From assembly GCA_010093605.1 (NCBI GenBank), contig MU004187.1, positions 1,124,018-1,188,017 of the forward strand: DNA of 64,000 nucleotides, in the 5' to 3' direction. The first letter of the stretch is position 1. The number at the start of each line of letters is the position of its first letter. Of this stretch, positions 1 to 13,880 are shown one piece after another. A model generated the notes under the pieces. The model ran no database searches and was not told the origin of the DNA. It worked only from the letters and a program-made list of their open reading frames with translations. This DNA comes from Lophium mytilinum (lineage: Eukaryota). Made by a program: the position numbers and the translations under genes.

Positions 1-2510
1 ATTAAGAGGTATTCTATTAGTAGACCTACTACCCTATCTAATAGACCTAAATTCTTCCTCTAATTCTAAAGTAGCATATATTATTCTTTACCTTTAGGCT
101 CTAATACTAGAAGACCGCCCTTTATAGAGCCCGGTATTGCCTGCAGCTTCTACTCTATTACCTCTAATACTTAATATAATTAATTATAATTAGAGATTAT
201 TACCCTCTTATAATAGTATAAAGTCTACCTTAACTATCTAACTTCTTAAACTACGCAGCATTATCTATTACCTAAGCTAAGGCTATAAACCTACTTTACC
301 CGGTAGGCGCGTATTATATTATAGCTAGTAAAGACCTTTACCTCCTCTACTAATAACTAAGTAGGCCGGCAAGTAAAATCTAACTCTAATCTTACTTTCG
401 CGTATAAGCCTTACTATACTCTTCCTTACTATATTACTAATAGCTTAATAGCCTAAGTTACTATAACCCCGCTACTATAATAAAGTAGATAGTAGTCTAC
501 TAGAATAGACTAGTAGACCTTACTATTACTATCTATATTAATAGCTATATAGACTACTTTAAAGCGCTATATACTATATATAGTAGAGATAACCTAGAAA
601 AAGCTACTATATTTCTTTAGTACTCTTAGAAAGATATTATAGACTTTAAGGTTAAATATAATATACTTATCTAGTCTATATATAAGTATTTACTATACCT
701 AGTTCTAAGTTAAGAATTAGGTAATATAAAGGGCGGCTAGTTTAATAAGCTAGAGATAAAGACTATACTAGAGGTAGTAAAGAAGGCCTATAGAAAGGGC
801 TCTAAAAGCTTCTTTATTAAGAATTAGGCCTATATAAGTCTATCTACTACTTCCCTATCTATATCTACTAACTATTTACTAGTATAAGGAGCTTATAGTA
901 CCCGCGGTTCTAGATAAAAGTAGCTTTAAATACTCTAGAGGTAAAGAAGGTATAGTAATATAGCTATATAAGGGCTATAGACTTTAAGTTAATATATCTA
1001 TAAATACGCTTAATATTACTAGCAGCGCAGCACTAATTATATATATAAGCTATACTTTAATACCTACTCTACTAAGTATATTCTAATCTATACTTATTAA
1101 TATAGATATTAGAAAGACCTTTTACTACTACTAAGACCTAAAATATACGCCGCTGCTATATATAAGAAGATTATATATTTACTAACCTATATTTAGTTCT
1201 CTTACTAATATATATCTACTTTATTAACCCTAAAGATAGTTCTATATTTAAAGTTAGCCTTATAAACCTAATATTATTCTACTTAAATTACGCCACCTTA
1301 AGTAAGGCTATTAGCTGCTATATAGCTATATCTAAGAAGAAAGAAGAGAAAGATAACTATAACCTCTAACTAGAAGTCTAAATTTATACTAAGCATATCC
1401 TTGCAGTTAAGCCGTAGATTTTAATATTCTAGAAGACTAGAAGTATATAAGCGGCGCTATTATTACTAGAGACCTATATCTTTATAGATAAGCTATAGAC
1501 CTTAATATACTAGAAGACTAGAGGTATATAAGAGGCGCTATTATTACTAGAGACCTTAGTAATAGCTAAGGCTAAAGAGAAGAACTTAGAAATAGTAGTA
1601 TTAGGATAAGAGACTTAAGGTACAACCTTAAAGAATAAATGTAAAGCGCTATCTAATAAACTAGAGCCTATAGACCTTATAGAAGATAAAGATAAATTAG
1701 ATATATACTACTTTAATAATAGAAAGAACTAGATAGAGAAAGTTAACTAGAATAAAGAAAATACTATAGAGAAGGTATTATCTATAGAAGACCTAGATAG
1801 CTTAAAGGTAGCGGAGGCAGCCTTATATAAGGCTAAAATAGGCCTAATTATAGCTTAGACTAGCGTTAAGAAGGCCTTAGAAATTATGCGTACTTATATA
1901 GTAAGAAATAAAGAGAAAAATACTAACTCTACTATTTTCTACTCCCCTAATATTATCTAAGAGACGCCTAAAAGTAGATATAGAAGGCGTGTGCGCTTAG
2001 TATAGTAAGTACCTTCTTAAGAAATTACTAATTTTCTAGTATATGTATAGATAGAAAGCAGCTTTAAATAGAACTATATAAGTCTATCTATATATACTTT
2101 CTATATACCTTCTATACTCTTACGCCGCTACTAAGTTAACTTTTAATAGATATATAGCATGCATATATACCTTATATCTTAAAGCCTACCTCCGCCCTAA
2201 GCTCTAACTTAGAAACTACTTATCTACCTACTTTTAATATAAACCCTCTAAACTATATGCGCTTAAAAACACTACTAGTCTTATAATACCTATTTAGAGA
2301 TATTCTATAGTTATAATACCTAGCGCGTTAAGCTATAATATAAGGGATTAAACCTAAGGCTAATTAAGAATAACTATTAGTAATAATAGCGCACTACTAT
2401 AAAGATGCATTTATATAAGATTCTAATAGTATACTTAAGAGAAAAGTATATAGTAACTATTAGTTAAAATATATACGCCTAAGCCTTAAATTTCTAGCGC
2501 CTGCCCGCAT
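1..2510 (+). pseudogene. RIP-inactivated intron-containing gene relic of unknown family
   Basis: Intron-like segments with GTAAGT-type donor, TACTAAY branch and YAG acceptor (clearest at 2005-2039; others near 835-883 and 403-451), codon-like spacing and an 81-bp (27-codon) duplication. Family not recognised. Confidence 0.4.
1415..1556 (+). repeat. 81-bp period direct duplication
   Basis: agaagactag(a/g)..tatataag(c/a)ggcgctattattactagagacct at 1431-1475 and 1512-1556. Confidence 0.85.
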
Positions 2511-2901
2511 ATATAATAGAACTATTCTCCTCTATTCTATAGATATAAAAGCCTGCCCTGCATCTCTTTCTCTATACTATAGAGTAGTAGAAGGTGGTAA
2601 GAGTTAAAAAGGTAGAAGAGTTATAGTAGAGATTAACTTAAGGCTAACTATTTAGAATATAGTAGGTATTAAAATTACATATACTAATAAATTATAGTAG
2701 GGGCTAAAGCTAGTAGAAACTTATCTAAGAAGCTAAAATATAAAGAATAAGAGGTAGTATATAGGTATAGCTTACTAATAGTATCTACTATAATAGAAAG
2801 CTAATAGTATACTAATATTTAGGTTAGTAGTTAGACTAGCATAGTTCTATAGAGCTATATTAGGTAAAGGTAATATACTCTAGTATTACTAGCTTATATT
2901 A

Positions 2902-3036
2902 TCTACTAAGCTTCTCTATCCCTTCTACTCTACTCTATAAGCTTTTTTATCTACTAGGTTTCTCTATCCCTCCCGCTCTACTCTATAGAATTTTTTTTCT
3001 ACTAAGTTTTTCTATCCCTCCTACTCTACTCTATAT
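2902..3036. repeat. 48-bp tandem repeat, about 3 copies
   Basis: Units beginning tctacta(a/g)g..tctatccct..ctctactctata at 2902, 2950 and 2998. Confidence 0.85.
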
Positions 3037-4668
3037 AATAGCGCCTTAGTTCTAGTATAATCTTTTATATATATAGCTCTTAATCTTTCTAACTACTATA
3101 TATAACTATATATCTATATTCTCTACTAGCTTTTAACTCTACTCTAACTACTACTTCTCTAGCCCTACTTTTCTTAGAAAATAAGCAGGCGGATAGAATA
3201 TATACTCTATTACTAGCGCTAGATATACTTTAATCTAGTATTATAGAAATAACCTAGCCCTTATATATACTAGTAATAGATAACTATCTACTATATAATA
3301 ATATAGTAGAGAGAGGGAAAATAAAGCTACCTCTACTCTAATATCTCTAACTCTTCTTATAGTACTGCGTAAAATTATCTAGAATTATATAAGATTATCT
3401 ATAATTATTATAGTATACCCTCTATATTCTTATATTCTAAAAGAGACTCTAGCCTATTTCTTTAAGTATATTTTAGGTTCCGTAACTGCCCCGCTAGATA
3501 GAGAGTATATATTCTTATTACCTTTTAGTATATAAGTATACTATAGGCTAGGTTATAAAATAATAGTATTCTAACTTCTAAGGTTAGAAGTATAATAGGA
3601 GAGACTATAAATAGAGAAGCGGCGACCTAAAATATAGATAGAAGAAGTAAAGCGTACTAATATAAAGGGAAATAAGAGATATAGAAGAAGTAAATAGAAA
3701 AAAGAGACTATAGAGGCGGTAGCGTTATAGCTATAATACTAGAGGCTATTCTATAATATAAATATAAGAGACTACTACTAGAGCTTATATTAGTAGTAGA
3801 ATAGTTATATACTTTTTATTATTTATAGATAGTTATACACCGCGGCCTAACTCTTAAATAATAGGTCTTAGCAGTAATATAGTAAGAGTCTACCTAAGAA
3901 TATATTAAGTATCCTAATTATAATTTATAAGCTAGACCTAGCGCTAAATTATAGAATAGATAGATTATATCTTTTCTATCTATCCTCTATATATCTATTA
4001 AATCTACTTTTTAACTACTATAGCTCTAACTTTACTGTACTAACTGTTTATAAAATAAAGATTAGACGTTCTAGCCTAAGTACTTACTATCTCTACTTAC
4101 TTCTACCCCCGCCTTACACTACTATAGAGAGGAAAGAGTAGTAAATAGAATTATTTTATAGTAGAATATAGATAGTATTATATATAGGGCATGTATATAT
4201 TAGCTCTAGTACTACTAAGGCTAATTAGGTAAAAGATACTATAGAACTAAATTATTAATAGTTTAAAATAATAGATAATAATTAAGTATTATTAGGCTGC
4301 GTAGTATATAGGTAAACTACTACTAGTCTATATAGTAATATTACCTGCGCTAGTAGTTTATATAGATATTGCGTAATTTACGCAGTTTACTAGAAGTTTA
4401 CGCCGTTTACTGCCGAGCACTAACAGCCCTAACTTTTATAGTTTTAGGTTTTTCTAATAATACTTAATAATATAGTACTTCTATTAGTAGCGCTATAGGC
4501 CTCTAATAAAGTAATCTAGCTATTATATATAAAGCTAGATAGTAGACCTTATAACTATAGTAGATGCTCCGCAATAAGCCCCTATAATAGAGGGGTAGTA
4601 GTAGCACCCTAGAAAGTTTCTACTAATTATTAATTACTTTAATAGCTCTATAACTTTTTCTTCTATCT

Positions 4669-4803
4669 ATTACTATTATTATATAGAGACTAACGCCTAG
4701 AAAGCTTAGTATAGATAATAGCGCGTATACACGCCTAGTATTACTAATTAATTACTATTACTATATAGAGACTAACGCCTAGAAAGCTTAGTATTAATAA
4801 TAG
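4669..4803 (+). repeat. 82-bp period duplication in the putative retroelement 5' leader
   Basis: atatagagactaacgcctagaaagcttagtat at 4681 and 4763. Confidence 0.85.
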
Positions 4804-5059
4804 TAAGTTTAAGTATATACCTAGTATTATAGAATAAACCTATTTTCTATATACTATTTATTTTCTATATACTATCTATTTTCTATAGACTACCTAATAT
4901 TATTATTTACTATAGCCCTCTAGGTAGTCCCGCAACTAAGTATAACTAGCACCCCTTTTAAACCTTCTAGGCGCCCGGCACACGTAGTAAATAATCTAAA
5001 TTAGATAGGCCCTTATATATAAATTTAATACCTTACCTCTTTAAGTTTTCTTTCTTCTA

Positions 5060-7750
5060 TACTAACTTTTTCTACCTTCTTATATAGCTAATTCTAACCG
5101 CTATACTTTTAATCGCGCTAAAGCTCTATAGTTTAGTAACTCTATCTCTAGTAGATACTCTACTACTAGACGCCTATTTAGTAACGCTAATAGTATTTCT
5201 ATTAACCCCCGCCGTATTAGTATTATATTATAATAAAAGGGCGCCCTAAATCTATAATACCTCCTTATAGAAGATAATAATAATAATATAATATAGATTA
5301 ATTATAGCCTATAGCCTTCTTTTATTTAACCCTTCTAAGGCGCAACTTAATTCTAGTTATAGATATTAGCTACTACCTCTTAACTAGCTCTATCTATTAG
5401 ACTAGTTTCTCTAGTTACACCTACTAAGCTATAATATTATTAGACTAAGTTTAGTACTATAGGTAAGCCTCTACTAGTTACTCTAGCTTCTTTAGTATCT
5501 ACTATAGTAGAGTAAAATATACTACTACTCTTCTATATTAGTAGCTATATACTAGGCGACTTCTATTTACCTACTAAACTTAATAATATAACTACCGGAG
5601 CTAATAATATAGCTACTAGACTTAATAATACTACTACCTATAATAAGAACTCCTTCTCTAACTTTAATTTAGCTAATAAATAGAACTATTAAGAGGAGGA
5701 ATATTAGTTTAGTAATAATATAGATAATAAAGTCTATAAACTTAAAATAGCCTATTAAGATATTACTATTAATACCTCTAAGGCTATAGCCTACTATAAT
5801 ATAGTTTATAAGCCTAACTATTAGTTCTATAACTCTAAGTATCTAAGAATACTATCTATTTATAGTATCCCCTCCCCTAATATATCTCTATTATAATACT
5901 AATCTACCCGCGTTAAATTAATTATTAGACTTAATACTTCTAACCTAGCCTAGTAAGTAGTAGGTATAGAATAGAGTAATAAGTAATATATTATAATACG
6001 CATAGAAAACTATTAATAATTATATCTTGCAATTATATAGCGCGCTAGCAGCTCTATCTTTAAAATATAGTATAGTAATAGACTATAAGAATAATATAAG
6101 CTTTAGAACCTATAGAAGCTTATTTAGAATATTTAACTTATACTATAATAATAGTAGAACTATATTATACTAGTAGATAAGAACTATAATAACTCTAGGT
6201 ATAAGATAAATATTACTATATATAAATAAAACGCCGCTAACACTACCGTCTAAGACCTAAATAAGAAATATTTACTTACTAATAATAAACTCTCTAAGCT
6301 TTAGATATAGGTCTACACCCTTAACTATAAACTTAAGTCTAAGTAGATAGAGTTAGCCCGCGTATAATAACTATATAATAAAAAGCACGCTAACTTCTAG
6401 GCCTAAACCCTTTAGCTTAATAACCTAGAAGCTAAATACTAATAGGCCTTAACGCGGATTACCTAGCTTAAAGCTTAAATCTAATAGAATATATTAGCGG
6501 GATAACCTAATAATCTATACGCGGATAAATATACTAATTATAATTCTACTAATAATACTTCCCCTCTACTACTAGTAGAACTATATACTCTTAACTCTAA
6601 TAACTTTTAATATAATTATATTTCAGGTTAATACTTTACTACTACTAGAGAAGGAGGTAGAGGTAGAGGTAGAGATAATTTAAACCTAAGCTAACTAGGC
6701 GGTTTTACTTAACTATAGGTCTACGGACCCGTCTATTCTTAATTTAGATAATAAGGTTCTTAACCTAAGTATACCTACTTATAGAACTTTAAATTAAAAG
6801 CTTTAGTATATATAGCCTAGAAGAACTATCTAATCTACTTAGTCTAAGTAGACTAGTAGACCTATTCTATAGCTATAACCTAAATCTAGCTTACTATTAG
6901 CTATTATAAGGGGCGCGTATATAAGGTTATAGAAGACTATAGTCTTCTTATATCTACTAACCTATATTAATTACTTAATAAACTTATCTAAGACCTAGAT
7001 ACTATATTCTAGAAAAGTAATACTATCTATTATAATTACCTTTTTAACTAGCTTAATAGTAAGAGCATAAAATAGTAATATAATAAAAAGACATTAGACT
7101 TTCTACAGCGCCTTAATATTATTCTTAATAGGCTTAAGTATAGTAAAATTAAAAATAGCCTTATAACTTAATACTATTACCTTAAGAAAATACTATATAT
7201 AGATCTTACTAAATATATTAACTTTAGTTTATTAACCTAGTACTAGGTAAAGAATAATATTCTATATAAGAACTGTTATTATATTTAACGCGAAAAATAA
7301 GCTAATAAAGAACTCCTTACTATATAAATTTTAGTACGCCGCTTAAATAATATATACGCGTAGAATAGCTATTATAACTCTAACTACGCCCGGCGTAAAG
7401 TATCTACTACTAAGATAGATAACTATATTATAGTTAAGAAGACTACTACTATTTTACTACTAAGTATTCTACTACACGTCCGCCTGCGCCTTAGTAAGAA
7501 AGGACGCTGCTTTAGCTACTTTAAAAAGAACTACCGCGCTAGTAACTCTAAATATCCTATAGCTAGAAAAACTATAATAGAGGCTTAGCGCAATAAGCGC
7601 CTTATAGCTATAGGTATTAATAGTATTAAACTTAACGCCTTTAAGTATAGTAGTAATAATAAGAAATATTAATATAAATATAAATATAAGAACTATAACT
7701 AGAAGAAAGATAACTATATAGTTTACTCTAATTACTCGGGAAATGCTTAA
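5060..7750 (+). pseudogene. gag: gag-like ORF relic with C-terminal CCHC zinc knuckle
   Basis: 7502-7558 reads GRCFS(Y/C)FKK(N/G)(Y/H)RASNSK(Y/C)P, a RIP-altered CX2CX4H..C knuckle; same-frame TAA at 7748-7750. Start is approximate. Confidence 0.7.
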
Positions 7751-7774
7751 TCTCTAATAAAAGTCGTTATTAGA
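7738..7774 (+). promoter_or_regulatory. -1 programmed ribosomal frameshift signal at the gag-pol junction
   Basis: Slippery G GGA AAT (7738-7744) in the gag frame, 8-nt spacer, stem tctaataa/ttattaga with 6-nt loop; pol motifs lie in the -1 frame. Confidence 0.75.
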
Positions 7775-10700
7775 AATAGTTAGAAGATACGCTAGCCTAA
7801 GCTCTTACATATATTTAAGAGCTTAAGCTACCTCCTCTAAAGCTATTTAATATTAAGCTCTCCGCATGCGCTATTAGACTTGCCCTACTATCTAGTAAAT
7901 AGATAGACTTTAACTATAGAATTAAAACTTTAACTAGAATAGTTAAATCTATAGTTCTTATAGATTCTAAATATAGAGAATTTATATTTATATCTATAAG
8001 CTTTACTAAGTAATATAAGCTTAATATCTATAAAGCTACTCTATAAAATATTAAGCTACTAAATAGCTCTACCTCTATTATTAATAAAGCAGCTAAAGTT
8101 ACTATATAAATTAAAGGCTACTATAATAAGTTCTAGGCCCTTATTTATAACCTTAAGAGCTATAATATTATTCTTAGTATAGGTTAGCTTATAATGTATA
8201 ACGCTTATATAAAATTTAGTACCTAAATAATATAGCTAGACTTAGATTACTATTACTTCTAATATTTAGTTAACTATAAACTAGTCTATATATAGTCTAA
8301 AAACCCTATTACCTATACTAGTAAGCGCCTATTCTAGTAAAAGCTTAATACCTAGCTTACTACTTTTAAAGTACTTAATATTAATATAGTAGCCGGCGAT
8401 AAGTATTTATATAACTTCTAGTAGTTACTAGAGAAAGATACTATCTATATATAGCCTAAGTATTTTAAGCTAGCGCTTATAAATAAGAAAGTAGAAGTAT
8501 AAGCGCGCGCTAATAGACGCCTATATAAACTAGGCAACACTATTCTAGGTCTAGCTAATTTTACTAATAATCTAGTAGCTATTAGTCTCTACGTAATATT
8601 AAAAGATAACTAATAAAAATTCTTTAAGAAGATAGAGCGTAAGCTAATAACCTATAAAGAACTTAAAGCGCTAGTACCTATAGAATACTATAGCTTCCTT
8701 AATATATAGAACCTAAAGAAAGCTAATAAGCTTCCACCCTATTATAAGGTAAAAGATAGCACTAATATTAACTACTATATTAATATTAAGCTAGAAACTA
8801 AGGCCCCGGCCTATAAAGTCTATAGGCTCTTATAAGATAAAACGCTAGTTATTAAAATATTTATTAATAAGATATATAGTAAAGGCTATATTAGGAAAAG
8901 TAATAGTTAGTACGCCACTTCTATTATTATTATCTATAAACTAGGGGGAGGCCTCTATATTTATATAGACTATTAAGGCCTTAATACTATTATAATTAAA
9001 GCTTATAACATTCTACTAGCTATAAAAGACACTCTTGCGCTATTAAAATACACTAGATATTATATAAAGTTTAACGTTATAGCTACTTTTAACGCTATTA
9101 GAATACAAGAAGAAGATAAGAAATATATAGCTTTTCTTATAAGATATAGCCTATTTAAATTTACTATCTTACCCTTTAGTCTCTATAACGCTCCGGCAAC
9201 CTTCTAGGCCTTTATTAATAATATTCTACTTAAATACCTTAATAACTTCTATACAGCCTATCTTAATAATATTCTTATCTTTAGTAAGATAATAGAGGAG
9301 CACGTAGGCTATATTAAGAAGGTTCTCTAGTAACTCTATAAGGCCGGCCTTTTTCTTAATATTACTAAGTATAAATTCTATAAGTAAGAAGTTAAGTACC
9401 TAGATATTATTATTAGTGTTAACAGCCTTAAGATAGATCTAGCTAAAGTTAAAATAGTAGTTAACTAGCTATAACTATAGAACCTCTATAATATATAAGC
9501 TTTTCTAGATTTCTATAATTTCTACTAGTAATTTATTATTACCTATTCTAATATTATAGGACCTCTTATAAGACTTACTAGGGCTAAGGTCTATAAGTAG
9601 TTTACCTTTCTATAGTAGAAAGGTAGCTCTAAAGACTTTTTATTTAAATAAATAAAATAAGCGTTTATTAATACTTCTTAGATAGCTTATTTTAATCTAG
9701 ACCTAGAGATATAGGTAGAATATAATATATCTAATACTATTATAGCTACTATACTATTTTAAATGCAGGCTAATAGCGTCCTCCGCCTTATTATATTTAT
9801 ATCCTACTAAATAAGCGCAGCGCAACTTAATTACTAAATCTATAATAAGAAACTTCTTATAATTATCTATGCCTTTAAAGAATAGCGTATAGAACTCGCT
9901 AGCTATAGGTATAGTAACCTAATTAAAGTTCTTTTAGATTACTAAACCCTATAATACTTTATAGAGACTAAATAGCTTAACTAATAATAGGCTAGATAGG
10001 CTAAATTTCTCTCTAAGTTTAACTTCTAGATTATATATAGACTAGGTAAGAATAATAGTAAGGCTAACTTACTAACTAGACGCCTAGGTAATATACTAGA
10101 TAAAAATAATAAGCGCTATAAGATCTAGTAATAAACTATCCTTAAAGATTATAACCTAGAACTAGAAATATAACACGCTATTAAGCTAGCTTATATTATA
10201 ACTAATAGCGTTACCTATAATATAGTTTTCCTTACAGCAATATTATATAACCTTAGTAAAGTAGAACTTAATTAAGAAGAGTCTTAAAGTAACCTTAATA
10301 AAGAACTATAAGAGTTACTAAAGTAGGGGGAGTTATAGAGTAACCCTACTAATAGTACTATAGAGTAAGATATAGTAGATTATATATAAGAAGCCCTTAT
10401 TAATAATACTATTAGTAACGCTATTAAAGATACTATTAGAGCTAAGCTACGCCGCCTACCTACTAATATAGTTAAAAATTACGGTGTTAAGCTTAAGCTC
10501 TATAACTATATAATCTATAACGGCCTTATCTTTATATAGAATAACTATTTATATATTTCTACTAAAGAAGAACTCTAATTAGCTATTATTAAAAGCCTAT
10601 ATAAACCTCCCCTAGTTAGCTATAGTAGAACTATATCTATATATAACTAAGTTTTAATATATTACTTCTAGCTATAAATAACTAATAATATTAACTATTA

Positions 10701-12030
10701 TATTAAGGCTTACTAGCTATATAATTATATTAAGTACGCACGCAATATAAAGCAGGGCTTTCTTAAACTACTTTCTATTTTTAAGAGGTACTAGACTAAG
10801 CTTATAGTTAATTTTATTAGTCCCCTACTAATATACTTATAATTTAGATAAGATTACTAATATATTATAGTTATTATTAATAGACTATCTAAGATGCGCA
10901 AGTTTATCCCTATAGTAATAATAGACGCTAAGAAGGTCGCCTAAGCATTTCTAGAATAGATCTAGCGCATAGAAGAATACCTAGAATTAATTATCTCTAA
11001 TTAGGGTTCTTAATTTATTTCTACCTTTTAGTCTCGCCTATATAAATATATTAGTATAAAACTAAAGCTATCTACTATATTTTATTCTAAAATAGATAGA
11101 TAGACTAAAATTACTAATATAGACCTAAAGCAGTTTCTCTAAGTATATATTAACTACTAATAAGATAACTAGGTTAATTACCTTACTATAGCTAAATTTA
11201 AAGCTAACTCTATAAAGAATACCTCTACTAGTGTAGCCCCTTTTATAGCTACTAAAGGCTATATTCTAAGCGCTAGTACTATACTAGCCGCACGACTACC
11301 CCCTAATATAAACGCACTAACAGTTTAACTTATAGAATAAGTAGATAGGCTAGTAGATAGACTTAATAAGTTATACGCCTTCCTCTATTAAGAACTTAAA
11401 TAGGCCTAAGCTAAATAGAAGAAATATACTAATACTAGATAATAGGTAGCTTATATATATTACCTAGATAATATAGTTATACTTAATATACGCTTTATTA
11501 AAATAACTCGCCTAAATAAGAAACTTAACTTTAAGAAACTTAGTCTCTTTAAAGTTCTAACTAGCTATAAAAACAGTAGTATATATAGGCTTAAGCTATC
11601 TAAAAGTATAGAAAACCTATACCCTATCTTCTACTCTTAGCTACTTTACCCGGCCGACGCAGTCCCTATAAAAGAATAGTATAATTCTAAACCTCTACCT
11701 ATATAAATAACGCTAATATATTAAAAAGATAATACTAAGAAGATTATTAACTACTATCTTAATAGAAGATAACTTAACCCTACTATAGGTAAAAGAGGCA
11801 TACTTTAGTATAAAATTAAGTTTATTAGCTATAATAAACTATAATAGAATAACTATAAATACGCTAATAGCTGCCCCCGCCTTATTATAGACTTTTACTA
11901 CTACTTTCTATACTCTAAGAAACTAAAACCTTATCTATTATTTAAACTACTATTAAACTAGAAGCTAACTTTAGCTACTATTCTCGCCGCTATAGACCTC
12001 TATATAACTAACACTATAGAAGCTATATAA
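7745..12030 (+). pseudogene. pol: pol relic: aspartic protease, RT, RNase H, integrase, chromodomain
   Basis: One frame throughout: VLIDS(G) near 7954; PF(G)L(C)NAPATF(Q) 9172-9207; AYL(DD)ILIFS near 9256; NY.IY(D)K(E)LL near 9830; IIS(DR)GS(Q)F near 10990; LST.F(HPET)D(GQ)T(E) near 11068; YKIKF.(G)Y(DEPQW) near 11809. Confidence 0.93.
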
Positions 12031-12220
12031 TTTAATTACTAGACTAGCAGTTAAATTAATTTATTAAGGAGGCCTAACTATAGACGTGCATAATAATTAA
12101 ATGTAATATAATAGCGTAGATTATTATAAGTACCTAGTAGTAGAATAGTAGCTATAAAGATTATACGGCTCCTTATAGCTCTATTATAGCCGGCCCTAGT
12201 TTAGATAAATAAGGCTACTT

Positions 12221-12370
12221 ATAGTAAGACTATATATAGTAAGACTATATATAGTAAAACTATATATAGTAATACTATATATAGTAAGACTATGCATAGT
12301 AAGACTATATATAGTAAGACTGCGTATAGTAATACTACGCATAGTAATACTATATATAGCGATACTATAG
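12221..12370 (+). repeat. 15-bp tandem repeat x10 in the retroelement 3' UTR
   Basis: Consensus atagtaa(g/t)actatat; less mutated copies end tgcgt, tacgc or tatgc. Confidence 0.95.
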
Positions 12371-12582
12371 TACTAAAATAGTAAAGCTATAGTAGGCTAT
12401 ATAAAAATAGAAAGAATAAGTAATCCTCTATAAATTAATTTATTTCCTTTATTTACTTACGGCTAAAATACAATTAGGCACTTTATTTAATAGATATCTA
12501 AGCAGTTATAAATACTCTAGTATAGAAAGAACTCTCTCTTATAAAAGCTTTAATTAGAGGGCTTCTTTAGAGAGGGGAGACG

Positions 12583-12782
12583 TGTTATAGCTATATAATT
12601 ATGTATAATATATAACTAGAGGTTATATAATAAAGGCTCTATAGAATAGATAAATATTACTCCGCTCTTTAGGTTATTATAATATCTATTCTAGGAACCT
12701 CTTCCTCTCTTATATTTATCTTTTATTAATATTAATACTATTTAATCTAATAATTCTAACGTTCTAACCTTAAGCCCTAATA
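12583..12782 (+). repeat. 3' LTR, about 200 bp
   Basis: Starts TGTTA right after the polypurine tract; ends ccctaata (de-RIP ccctgaca) where the Fot1 transposase sequence takes over. Confidence 0.7.
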
Positions 12783-13880
12783 TAATTTATTTAAATAGTA
12801 AAGAGCTAAAGGGAAGAAAAGAGAGACATCTAATAGCTATAGCTAGTATATTAAATAAGGTAGATATACTACTAGAATAATTCTATTCTAAATATAGAAG
12901 TTAATAAAGTTTATATTTATATAAGAGCTATATCTATTAATAATTATCATTCTCTATATCTTTTTAGCCTTCTATCTAGTCTCTCTTTTAAAGATCTTTA
13001 ACTAGGCTAGGCCTATACTATTATTAGTCTATCTAGATAGTATTAAGGTAAAGAAATAGGCCTATTTATCTAGTTAGAAATCCTCTAGCTATATATCTTA
13101 TATATTATTTATTATAGCTTAATAAATTAGTATTAGAGAAAGTACTATATTATTAGTATAAATAGCTACTACTACTATAATCTACTCTCTATTACTATTC
13201 TATATAATATAGTGTATTTTTTCTAACTTAAATATATATTTACTAAAGATCCTCTTCTTTTTTATAAGCTTTCTAATAAGAAATCCTTTCTTATTTATAT
13301 TATATATATTTTCTAGTAGTATATTATATTAGTCCCTTTTCTAGCCTAGTAGCTTAAAGTAGAGGCTATAGTAGAGAGTAGAATTAGCCTATTTCTATAC
13401 TTTATTAATTAGAAGAAGATAGGCTAATTTTAGATATTTTTTATTTAATTTAACCTATTAAGAAACCTAGTAGATTTCTAGTATCTTTTTAATTAAATTT
13501 AAGGCTAGATTTTATACTATCTAATATATAGGCAGTAGTCCTCTTTCTAAGAGGTTATTAATATATTTAATAAGAGCCTTAGTCTTACTAGAAGAGAGAA
13601 GCTTTTAAGAATTATAGCTATTAGCCTTTAAACCTGTTTTCCCTTAGTATCTTTTTAAGAGCGTGCTTCTTTTAATCCTATACTTAGCACTAACTGCTAT
13701 AAAGTTCTTCTTCTCTATTAAGTTAAGCTCCGCAAACGCAGCTTCAAATTAATCCATTTTTGAAGCCGATCGTGATAAAATTGAGGAAGTTGTGTGGTGT
13801 TGAAAATGAGGGGGAAAAAGCGGTGAGGGAGTATACGGCCGTGCACCAGCTGGTAGCGTGCACGAGCCGGTAGCCACTTC
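12783..13880 (-). mobile_element. Fot1/pogo (Tc1-mariner) DNA transposon, 5' half, RIP-inactivated
   Basis: Minus-strand ATG at 13757; HTH-like KY(G)I.RSTL.KRY.GKT; EN.YN.(DE)KGFLI; (QDG)NRE(W)I; S(GW)TN; (HSTHQLQP)LDVSLFFPL of the DDE_1 domain; truncated at the LTR. Confidence 0.88.

Larger units (their letters stand above)
4432..12782 (+). mobile_element. Ty3/Gypsy LTR retrotransposon (chromovirus), RIP-inactivated; 5' LTR not found in window
   Basis: Domain order gag-PR-RT-RH-IN-chromo readable after de-RIP; PPT agagaggggagac at 12569-12581 followed by TGTTA. Left boundary is uncertain. Confidence 0.92.
1..13750. repeat. AT-rich RIP-degenerated repeat block (nested transposon relics)
   Basis: Strong TpA excess, near absence of CpA/TpG, no ORF in the track; protein motifs are recoverable by reversing C>T and G>A changes; sharp change to normal GC at about 13750. 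Confidence 0.97.

Noticed and set aside
3720..4090. Possible 5' LTR of the Gypsy element
   Set aside because: Only short matches (gttatagctata, atagaatagata, acgttcta) to the 3' LTR, not collinear over 200 bp; expected by chance in RIP-ed DNA or from another family.
1..4431. Starship captain (DUF3435) or DUF3723 gene
   Set aside because: No diagnostic motif could be recovered by eye; left unassigned.
12221..12370. Regular array that might suggest CRISPR
   Set aside because: Head-to-tail 15-mers without unique spacers, inside a eukaryotic retroelement.
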